Shown piece by piece: positions 6,068 through 12,894 of a stretch of 16,744 bases of DNA; the stretch's first letter is position 1; every line of letters starts with the position of its first letter. The position numbers and the translations under genes are program-made. Source of the DNA: an archaeon (lineage in GTDB: Archaea > EX4484-52 > B79-G9); contig WSZW01000184.1 in assembly GCA_013139905.1 (NCBI GenBank), positions 1-16,744 of the forward strand, given 5' to 3'. The notes beneath the pieces are model-generated. The model saw only the letters and a list, made by a program, of their open reading frames with translations. It ran no database searches and was not told the origin of the DNA.

Positions 6068-7834
6068 CTATTTTCCGTCAATCGTCTCTTTCAACTTTTG
6101 TAAATATTCCGGTTCGTAGAATTGCAAATATTCTTCATCTTCTTTTCGTTTTAAATATTTTATTTCATGTTTTCTCATATTTTCAAGAGTAGTATCCTTT
6201 TTATTAAACACATTTTTGAAAATTCCGCCAACTCTCTCCGCACTGACAAGTTTAGGTATGATGACAAATTCAGCACCAAGAGAATATAATTTTAATGCTT
6301 CATCAATTGTAGTCGAAGTAAGGATGGTTTTTGCCTGCGGATTTGCCAATTTTGTGCGCTCAATTAAAATTGCATTATCCTCCATTTGAGGAATTGTAGA
6401 TATAACAATACGTGCATGTTTTATTCCTGCATCTTCTAATACATCAAAATGTGCTATATCTCCATAAACACAATATTGTTTTGCATTAATCAATTTTTTA
6501 ACAATTTCAGGATTATAATCAATAACAACAAAAGTAATATTGCTGCTTTTAAGTTTGTCAATTATTGTTTGACCCATTGTGTGAGCCCCAATTAGGATAA
6601 CATGATCTTTTAATTTTTTTGTAGATTCGCTAATATTTGAAAGTTCATAATTGTGTTTGAATATGCGTATTTTGTTTACAAAAGAAAAAAATGGACGAAT
6701 TCTTTTTTGTATTTTTTCATCATATTTTATAGTATAGCTTGTAATTGTAATTGAAATCAATGCCAATATGGTTGCAATTGATACTAAGTCCAAAGATACA
6801 TGACCTAACGTATAACCAATACCAACAAGAATTAATGAAAATTCTGAAACATTGCTTAAATAAAGTCCCGTAAATATTGAAACCCGTTTTTTGTATCCGA
6901 AAATAGAACTAACAAGAGAGATAATTAAAAATTTACCAAAAATAACAAATAAACAAAGTGCAATTATTGGAACTAAAATTGTTGAAATATTTGAAAAAGA
7001 TACTGCAAGACCCATAGATCCAAAAAACAATATTGTAAAGAAATCTCTAAGTGATTTTACTCGACTGGAAATATCTAAATTATATGGAAATACGGCAAGG
7101 CTTATTCCTGCAAGAAATCCACCAACTGCAATAGAAAAGCCTAAAAGATACGCAATCGCACTAAACATAAAACATACCGATAAAGTAACCAAGAAAACAA
7201 GTTCTTTATCTTTTACTATGCATTTTAGAAATTTAGGAAAAACAAATTTATTTGCGACTAATGCAATTGCAAAAAGACCAATAGCCTTAAACATCACAAG
7301 TACAAGAATTGACATAGATATATTAGTCATATTTTGCATAAATGACATGGCAAGAACAACTAAAACGTCCTGAGCCAAAAGAATCCCAACAGAAATTCTA
7401 CCGCTTAATGTATCTAACTGTTCTTTGTCTGATAACAATTTTATAACAATCATTGTACTGCTAAAAGATACAACAAGTGCGACATATATAGATTCTATTT
7501 GTGAAAATCCAAGATATGTAGCAAGAATAAATCCTCCGCCGGCAATGAATAGTATTTGAATTATCGAACCCATGGATGCGATTTTACCTACATTTTTTAA
7601 TTTAGTAATGTCCATTTCCATACCAACAGTAAACAAAAGAAGTGCAATACCTATTTCTGATAATGATGTGATAAGTGCTTCATTAGTTATGAGTGCAAAC
7701 CCATGAGGACCTAAAAAAAATCCGGATATAATGTATGCGGGTATTACTGGCTGTTTTAGTAATTTAGCAAGTAGTGCGAGAACTGTCGCGAAAAAAACAA
7801 TCAAACCTATGTCATAAAGCAATAAAAAATTCAT
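6068..7834 (-). CDS. Kef-type monovalent cation:proton antiporter (CPA2) with a C-terminal TrkA-N/RCK domain
   Basis: The polytopic N-terminal ~390 aa looks like a Na+/H+ exchanger family domain (GFFLGPHGF..., ...EIGIALLLFTVGMEMD...). A Rossmann-like RCK domain follows (HVILIGAHTMGQTIIDKLKSSNITFVVIDYNPE...ARIVISTIP...). Confidence 0.85.
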   Translation of the reverse strand: MNFLLLYDIGLIVFFATVLALLAKLLKQPVIPAYIISGFFLGPHGFALITNEALITSLSEIGIALLLFTVGMEMDITKLKNVGKIASMGSIIQILFIAGGGFILATYLGFSQIESIYVALVVSFSSTMIVIKLLSDKEQLDTLSGRISVGILLAQDVLVVLAMSFMQNMTNISMSILVLVMFKAIGLFAIALVANKFVFPKFLKCIVKDKELVFLVTLSVCFMFSAIAYLLGFSIAVGGFLAGISLAVFPYNLDISSRVKSLRDFFTILFFGSMGLAVSFSNISTILVPIIALCLFVIFGKFLIISLVSSIFGYKKRVSIFTGLYLSNVSEFSLILVGIGYTLGHVSLDLVSIATILALISITITSYTIKYDEKIQKRIRPFFSFVNKIRIFKHNYELSNISESTKKLKDHVILIGAHTMGQTIIDKLKSSNITFVVIDYNPEIVKKLINAKQYCVYGDIAHFDVLEDAGIKHARIVISTIPQMEDNAILIERTKLANPQAKTILTSTTIDEALKLYSLGAEFVIIPKLVSAERVGGIFKNVFNKKDTTLENMRKHEIKYLKRKEDEEYLQFYEPEYLQKLKETIDGK

Positions 7835-7855
7835 AATAAATTAGTGTATTGTTTG

Positions 7856-7863
7856 CTTATAAA
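7856..7863 (-). promoter_or_regulatory. Putative TATA box (TTTATAAG on the minus strand) for the antiporter gene
   Basis: The complement of CTTATAAA at 7856-7863 is centred about 26 nt from the ATG at 7834, with no Shine-Dalgarno in between. Confidence 0.35.
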
Positions 7864-7909
7864 TATTTTTTACATTTACGAAAAATATTATAAAAACAGA
7901 ACTTAATTT

Positions 7910-8458
7910 TTAACAACCGTATTTATTGCAGTTGCTACAATCCGTAATTCTGTGATATGCATCAACATCGGGCATCTTTGCTGCTACTGACATAAGTCCA
8001 CTAAAGTAAGTGGTGGCTTCTGCGTATGCAGAAGTTAATATTTCGGTTCCATAATCGAATTTTTCAGATAGTTTTTTAGCAACCAAATTAACGCGTCCTT
8101 CATTAGCTGATGTATCTGTGAGCGGACCATCTAAAAGTGCTTCTTGGTATGCATTTTGAGGTGTTAGAATTTCGCTTAATTTTCCGCCACACATCTCCCA
8201 CAAATGAGTCATTTCATGAGTAAGTATACCTTTAAATTCATTATATGGGATGTTATATGTTGCTTGCGCGTTTAAAAATAACGTTTTAGTGCTGTCGTAT
8301 GTTTCACCAACAGCAGCAATAACGCCTTTCGGAAGCAGGTATTGGGGCAAAACAACTATTTTTTCTGGAAATTTATTTAGTCCTGTTTTTATCGAAATAT
8401 CGCTAATAGCATCAACTGCTTTGTCTGCAACATTACGGTATACGGAATTTAGATTCAT
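7910..8458 (-). CDS. Small soluble HExxH zinc metallopeptidase-like protein (family unresolved; SprT-like or MA-clan-like layout)
   Basis: It carries LTHEMTHLWEMCGG (an HExxH motif), with ...AAVGETYDSTKTLFLNAQ... upstream and NEGRV about 35 aa downstream. The C-terminus is CSNCNKYGC. No TM segment or signal peptide is seen. The track start at 8542 is a TTG. The ATG at 8458 is preceded by AGGCGA (Shine-Dalgarno-like) at 5-nt spacing, so 7910-8458 is preferred. Confidence 0.6.
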   Translation of the reverse strand: MNLNSVYRNVADKAVDAISDISIKTGLNKFPEKIVVLPQYLLPKGVIAAVGETYDSTKTLFLNAQATYNIPYNEFKGILTHEMTHLWEMCGGKLSEILTPQNAYQEALLDGPLTDTSANEGRVNLVAKKLSEKFDYGTEILTSAYAEATTYFSGLMSVAAKMPDVDAYHRITDCSNCNKYGC

Positions 8459-8545
8459 AATATTCGCCTTAACAATATTATTGTCTTCGAAACTATATAA
8501 CTGTGTATAGTACTTACGAGTACTAAGTAGAATATAAATCAATAA

Positions 8546-8884
8546 TTAAATCGATGCAATAAGCGCCAGTTGTTCATCGTATTTTTTTTGTATTTTATCA
8601 CGAAATATTTGTTTTAACGTTTCCTTATCAACGCGTATGTATGCGAAAAAACGTCCCTTTTTACCATCGCATAAACAAACACTTCGTCGATACACAAGTT
8701 CAGAAAGTACAAGACGAGTTAAGCATCTCTGAATCGTGCTTTGGTTCCGTTTAAGCGTTTTTGCAAGTTCGTAAGAACAAATGACTTTATCACTTTTTAA
8801 GCTTAAAAAAACAGTCAAATCCATCGTTTTAAGCCCTAAAACATTCTCAAAAAGTTCATTTAGCTTATTAATTTCATAATTCAT
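8546..8884 (-). CDS. Winged-helix (TrmB/MarR/ArsR-like) transcription regulator with four Cys, including a CxC in the wing
   Basis: wHTH layout: MDLTVFLSLKSDKVICSYELAKTLKRNQSTIQRCLTRLVLSELVYRRSVCLCDGKKGRFFAYIRV. The track start at 8929 is a TTG; the ATG at 8884 (MNYEINK...) lies about 26 nt from the TATA at 8907-8914. Confidence 0.6.
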   Translation of the reverse strand: MNYEINKLNELFENVLGLKTMDLTVFLSLKSDKVICSYELAKTLKRNQSTIQRCLTRLVLSELVYRRSVCLCDGKKGRFFAYIRVDKETLKQIFRDKIQKKYDEQLALIASI

Positions 8885-8906
8885 GATATTTATACGTATA
8901 CAAACA

Positions 8907-8914
8907 TTTATATA
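8907..8914. promoter_or_regulatory. Putative shared TATA element (TTTATATA) between the wHTH regulator and trxA
   Basis: It is centred about 26 nt from the minus-strand ATG at 8884, which has no Shine-Dalgarno. It lies about 55 nt upstream of the trxA ATG (8966), which has a GGTGA Shine-Dalgarno at 8955-8959. Confidence 0.4.
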
Positions 8915-8965
8915 GTTTAATCTAGACAATGTCTATATCTCGCATAAACTAAAAGGTGATTTAAA

Positions 8966-9301
8966 ATGACAGAAAATTTAGTATATATTACAAAAGAAAA
9001 TTTTGAAGCAGAAGTGAAAAATTCAGATAAACCAATACTTATCGACTTTTGGGCAGAATGGTGCGCTCCTTGCCGTATGATGGAACCGGTTTTTGAAGGA
9101 ATGGCACCAAAATACAAAGGAATTGTAAAGTTTGCAAAATTAAACACACAAGAAGAACAGGCACTGGCAGCATCCTTTGCAATACAGGGAATACCCTCAT
9201 TAGTCTTATTAAAAGACGGAAAAGAAGTTGATAGATTCGTAGGTGCAATGCCGGAAACCATATTAGCAGAAAAATTAGATGTTGCACTAAAAAAGATTTA
9301 A
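8966..9301 (+). CDS. trxA: Thioredoxin
   Basis: DFWAEWCAPCRMMEP contains the active site (WCAPC, a variant of WCGPC). Also present are KFAKLN...FAIQGIPSLVLLKDGKEV. The product is 111 aa. A GGTGA Shine-Dalgarno lies 6 nt upstream. Confidence 0.9.
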   Translation: MTENLVYITKENFEAEVKNSDKPILIDFWAEWCAPCRMMEPVFEGMAPKYKGIVKFAKLNTQEEQALAASFAIQGIPSLVLLKDGKEVDRFVGAMPETILAEKLDVALKKI

Positions 9302-9325
9302 ATTATCTATACCTGTGTGCGTTTA

Positions 9326-9739
9326 ATGGAAAAAAACACAAATAAAATAAAATCCATATTGAAAAATTCAAAAACAATAGCCATTGTCGGAATTTCAAAA
9401 GACAAAAATAAAGATTCAAATATTTGCGGGGCGTATCTTAAATACAAAGGTTACAATATAATCCCGGTAAATCCAAATGCCGAAAATATCTTAGGAATTC
9501 CGGCAATAAAATCGTTAGAAAACATAAATAAAAAAGTTGATATTGTTGACGTTTTTAGACCCAGCAGTGAAGCCGAAGAAATAACAAAAGCAGCAATAAA
9601 AATCGGCGCTAAAGTCGTCTGGCTGCAAGTTGGAATAACAAACAAAAATGCAGAAAAATTAGCAGAAAAAAACAACATTTTATTTGTTTCCAATCGATGT
9701 TTGGCAAAAGAACATAAATATCTTCGTTACCATTATTAA
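9326..9739 (+). CDS. CoA-binding domain protein (YccU/YneT-like, CoA_binding_2)
   Basis: KTIAIVGISKDKNKDSNICGAYLKYKGYNIIPVNPNAENILGIPAIKSLENI..VDIVDVFRPSSEAEEITKAAIKIGAKVVWLQVGITN...NRCLAKEH matches the stand-alone CoA-binding Rossmann family. The track start at 9317 is a GTG; the first ATG is at 9326. Confidence 0.8.
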   Translation: MEKNTNKIKSILKNSKTIAIVGISKDKNKDSNICGAYLKYKGYNIIPVNPNAENILGIPAIKSLENINKKVDIVDVFRPSSEAEEITKAAIKIGAKVVWLQVGITNKNAEKLAEKNNILFVSNRCLAKEHKYLRYHY

Positions 9740-9755
9740 ACATAAGTGAAAATTC

Positions 9756-10094
9756 ATGAAAACCTTTCTTGTAAAATTAAAAATTGCGATGGATCGCGGA
9801 AAATATTGGCTTTCTTACGTTCAGTTTTTTATGCTTTTATTTGTTTTAGTCACAAGCATGAAAACATACACAACTTTTTCATTTTTAGGAAGTACACAAT
9901 GGCTGGGAATATTAACAATTGTAACAATTATAGGTTTAATCGTAATTGGTTATCTTGATTTGAAAGTGTTCAAAACATATCAGGCCGAATCCGAGATTTA
10001 TGCACATGTAAATCCTATTCAAAAACGAATGTTTGATAATCAAAATAAAATTTTAGAAAAACTAGAACAATTGGAAAATGATAATAAAAAATAG
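9756..10094 (+). CDS. Hypothetical small membrane protein (two predicted TM helices plus a C-terminal coiled-coil-like tail)
   Basis: Hydrophobic stretches are YWLSYVQFFMLLFVLVTSM and WLGILTIVTIIGLIVIGYL. The tail is charged (...NQNKILEKLEQLENDNKK). The protein has no Cys. The gene sits between the CoA-binding gene and trxB with gaps of 16 nt and 0-9 nt. The overlapping ORF at 9746-9958 is rejected. Confidence 0.55.
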   Translation: MKTFLVKLKIAMDRGKYWLSYVQFFMLLFVLVTSMKTYTTFSFLGSTQWLGILTIVTIIGLIVIGYLDLKVFKTYQAESEIYAHVNPIQKRMFDNQNKILEKLEQLENDNKK

Positions 10095-10103
10095 GTGAAA
10101 TCA

Positions 10104-11021
10104 ATGGAAAATTACGATCTTATAATAATTGGCGGTGCTGCAGCGGGTCTTCCGGCGGCACTTTACGCATCACGTAGGCAAATAAAAACACTTGTAATTA
10201 CAGAAAACACACAAGGGCAAACAGGGACAGCTACCACAATAGAAAATTATCCCGGGTTTCTAAGTATTTCCGGAATGGAACTTATGATAAAGTTCGACGA
10301 GCAGGCAAGAGCCGCAGGCGCAACATTAGTATATGATAAAGTACAAACATTGACTAAAAAAGATGATATTTTCGAAATAAAAGGTACTAGCGAAACATAT
10401 TCTGCAAAAGCTGTAATTATTTCTGCAGGAAAATCACCAAGAACAATAGATGTTCCGGGTGAAAACGAACTTAAAGGAAAAGGCGTATCATATTGTGCAA
10501 CCTGTGATGGTCCATTTTTTAAAGAAAAAACAATCGCCGTTATTGGTGGCGGAAACAGCGCTTTGGAAGAAGCAGAATACTTATCAAAATTAGCTAAAAA
10601 AGTATATTTGATACACAGACGTTCAGATTTTAGAGCCGAAGAAAACGTTGTTCATCACGTAAAAAAAATAAAAAACATAGAGTTCGTGCTTGACGCAGTT
10701 CCAAAAAAAATAATTGGCGAAACTAAAGTAGAAGCAATAGTGGTAGAAAATGCCTTATCAAAAAAAGAAACAACAATTAACTTGGATGGTATTTTTGTAA
10801 GCATCGGTTATGTTCCAAAAACAAAATGGATTGAAGGATGTGTGGAACTTGATAATTACGGTCAAATAATAGTAAATAAAAAATGCGAGACATCCACCTT
10901 AGGCATTTTTGCCGCTGGAGACATTACAAATATTAGAGATAAACAGACAATAATTGCAGCCGCTCAAGGAGTAACCGCGGCTTTGAGTGTCTATGATTAT
11001 CTTGTTGGGAAAAAACGTTAA
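10104..11021 (+). CDS. trxB: Thioredoxin-disulfide reductase (low-Mr, NADPH-type)
   Basis: The FAD site is DLIIIGGAAAGLPAALYASR and the redox centre is CATCDG. The NADPH site is AVIGGGNSALEEAEYL...LIHRRSDFRA (the HRRxxFRA 2'-phosphate motif). The C-terminal region has GIFAAGD. The AGGTGA at 10093-10098 lies 5 nt before the ATG at 10104 and contains the track's GTG start at 10095 (10095-10097), so that GTG is more likely part of the Shine-Dalgarno than a start codon. Confidence 0.9.
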   Translation: MENYDLIIIGGAAAGLPAALYASRRQIKTLVITENTQGQTGTATTIENYPGFLSISGMELMIKFDEQARAAGATLVYDKVQTLTKKDDIFEIKGTSETYSAKAVIISAGKSPRTIDVPGENELKGKGVSYCATCDGPFFKEKTIAVIGGGNSALEEAEYLSKLAKKVYLIHRRSDFRAEENVVHHVKKIKNIEFVLDAVPKKIIGETKVEAIVVENALSKKETTINLDGIFVSIGYVPKTKWIEGCVELDNYGQIIVNKKCETSTLGIFAAGDITNIRDKQTIIAAAQGVTAALSVYDYLVGKKR

Positions 11022-11034
11022 AGGCATTGTTATT

Positions 11035-12171
11035 ATGGTTAAAATTAAATATGATGAATTCGGTCCGGAAAAAATACTAGAGGTCTATGATCCAAAAACA
11101 AAAATGCGTGGATTTATTGTAATTCATTCGACAGTATTAGGTCCTGCAAAAGGCGGAATTCGGATGGAGTCGGACGTTACCAAAGAAGAAGTATATGGTC
11201 TGGCACAAGCTATGACTTGGAAATGCGCACTCGCAGATCTTCCTTTTGGCGGCGGAAAATCAAGCATAATAGCAGATCCGAAAGCTAAAAATAAACAGGA
11301 AATCGTAGCAGCGTTTGCACGGGCAATCAAAGTCATATGTCTAAATAATTATGTTGCAGCACCCGACATGAATATGGGTGAACGTGAAATAGAAACATTT
11401 GCAAAGACAAATGGTGATTTAAAATCAATTACAGGAAAGCCATTAAATATGGGCGGGCTTCCACATGAATTAGGCTCAACCGGTTTTGGCGTTCATCTAT
11501 CTACTTTAATTGCACTAAAACACAAAAATATCGATGTAAAAGAATCCACAATTGCAATTGAAGGATACGGAAACGTTGGTCAGTTTACCGCCAAATTTCT
11601 GTCAAAAAAAGGCGCAAAAATAGTTGCGATCTCCGATTCAAAAGGAACAGCTTATTTTGAAGACGGTTTTGATGTTGAAAAATTAACTAAAATAAAAACC
11701 ACAACAAAATCAGTAATTAATTATCCTGGTTGCATCGTAAAAACAACAAAAGAATTATTTGAATTAGAAGTTGATGTATTAATACCGGGCGCAAGACCGG
11801 AAGTAATCACAAAAACAAACGTAAATAATATAAAAGCAAAAATAATTGTAGAAGCATCAAACATACCCATGTCGTATGAAATGGAAGAAATACTTCACAA
11901 TAAAAACATTCTTGTAATTCCGGATTTTGTCGCAAATGCGGGCGGTGTTATTTCATCATACGTTGAATATATCGGCGGTAACAACGACGAAGCATTCAAA
12001 ATGATTGAAGAAAAAATAACAAAAAATACGCAACTTATGTTGCAGCACGCAAAAGAAAAAGGTTTAATACCAAGAGTCGCCGCATTAGAAATTGCAAAAG
12101 CACGAATAAAAAAAGCAATGATTAAAAGACAAGAAAAAGAATTAAAAGAAAATAAAAACAATAACATATAA
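11035..12171 (+). CDS. Glu/Leu/Phe/Val-family amino-acid dehydrogenase; short form with glutamate-type specificity residues (probable glutamate dehydrogenase)
   Basis: Motifs: LGPAKGGIRM, AMTWKCALADLPFGGGKSSI, TGKPLNMGG...STGFGV, the dinucleotide fold IEGYGNVGQFTAKFLSKKGAKIVAISDSKG, and ANAGGVISSYVEY. The track start (GTG at 10987) would overlap trxB; the ATG at 11035 (MVKIKYDEF...) gives 378 aa. Confidence 0.8.
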   Translation: MVKIKYDEFGPEKILEVYDPKTKMRGFIVIHSTVLGPAKGGIRMESDVTKEEVYGLAQAMTWKCALADLPFGGGKSSIIADPKAKNKQEIVAAFARAIKVICLNNYVAAPDMNMGEREIETFAKTNGDLKSITGKPLNMGGLPHELGSTGFGVHLSTLIALKHKNIDVKESTIAIEGYGNVGQFTAKFLSKKGAKIVAISDSKGTAYFEDGFDVEKLTKIKTTTKSVINYPGCIVKTTKELFELEVDVLIPGARPEVITKTNVNNIKAKIIVEASNIPMSYEMEEILHNKNILVIPDFVANAGGVISSYVEYIGGNNDEAFKMIEEKITKNTQLMLQHAKEKGLIPRVAALEIAKARIKKAMIKRQEKELKENKNNNI

Positions 12172-12194
12172 AATACAAATACGAAGAAGATACT

Positions 12195-12878
12195 ATGAAA
12201 GTTTTTGTTGTCGGTTTAGAGCCAAAACAGCTTGAAAAAACGCTTATTAAAAATGAGTTTGAAATAGATTCTAAAACCCCTGAGGTTGTATTTGCGTATG
12301 GTGGGGACGGAACAATACTATTTTCGGAAAAAACATATCCAAATATACCAAAAATAACAATTAAACATAGTCAATTTTGTTACAAATGCGTTTTTAGAGA
12401 AACAGACTTAAAAACCATTATTGAGCGCATAAAAACAAAAAAATACAAATTAAAAGAATATACAAAACTTGAAACAAAAATAAAAGGAAAAACCTTAGTT
12501 GCTCTAAATGAAATACAAATTCATAATAAAAAACCGACAAAAGCAATAAGATTTAATGTGTATGCTGATAAAAAACTTATTTTCAATAACGTGGTTGCTG
12601 ACGGTATCGTAATATCAACGCCGTATGGTTCTGAGGCATATTATTCTTCTGTTGGAGGATTGGCGTTCACCAAAGGCATTGGTCTGGCATTAAATAATTC
12701 CCACAAAAAAGAAAAGCAAATAATTGTTGACGAAAAATCAAAAATCGAAATAGAAATAACACGAGAAGAGGCATATATTATTGCAGATAATAACGAAAAG
12801 ATGATACTTGTTAAAAAAGGCGATAAAATAATAATTAATCCTCACTCAAAAAAAGCAAAATTTGTAATTCTTGAATAA
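12195..12878 (+). CDS. nadK: NAD(+) kinase (short archaeal type)
   Basis: It has the GGDGT motif (VFAYGGDGTILFSE), the NE motif (LVALNEIQI) and ADGIVISTPYGSEAYYSSVGG. The product is 227 aa. Confidence 0.8.
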   Translation: MKVFVVGLEPKQLEKTLIKNEFEIDSKTPEVVFAYGGDGTILFSEKTYPNIPKITIKHSQFCYKCVFRETDLKTIIERIKTKKYKLKEYTKLETKIKGKTLVALNEIQIHNKKPTKAIRFNVYADKKLIFNNVVADGIVISTPYGSEAYYSSVGGLAFTKGIGLALNNSHKKEKQIIVDEKSKIEIEITREEAYIIADNNEKMILVKKGDKIIINPHSKKAKFVILE

Positions 12879-12894
12879 TTAAACAGGTGTATTT

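Noticed and set aside
6891-7373. 160-aa + strand ORF inside the antiporter gene
   Set aside because: It is antisense to a 588-aa CPA2/RCK gene with coherent TM and Rossmann architecture, and it has no motif or translation signal of its own.
8966-9301. The WCAPC rather than WCGPC active site in thioredoxin, as a sign of a novel redox protein
   Set aside because: Gly-to-Ala variants of the CxxC dipeptide occur in bona fide thioredoxins, and the rest of the sequence is canonical. It is noted only as a minor detail within the redox-array finding.
8250-9693. Track ORFs 8250-8510 (+), 8917-9261 (-), 9039-9287 (-), 9451-9693 (-) and 9746-9958 (+)
   Set aside because: They are antisense or out-of-frame overlaps of the zincin, trxA, CoA-binding and small TM genes, which have the better motifs, start signals and operon fit.
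842-11034. N-terminal extensions in the ORF track that begin at non-ATG codons (GTG 842, TTG 3313, TTG 8542, TTG 8929, GTG 9317, GTG 10095, GTG 10987)
   Set aside because: In each case an in-frame ATG lies shortly downstream (851, 3262, 8458, 8884, 9326, 11035). It is supported by a better Shine-Dalgarno or a TATA at about -26, and it avoids overlap with the upstream gene. At 10095 the GTG is part of the AGGTGA Shine-Dalgarno for the ATG at 10104. The extensions are not impossible (842 and 3313 remain open) but are not preferred.
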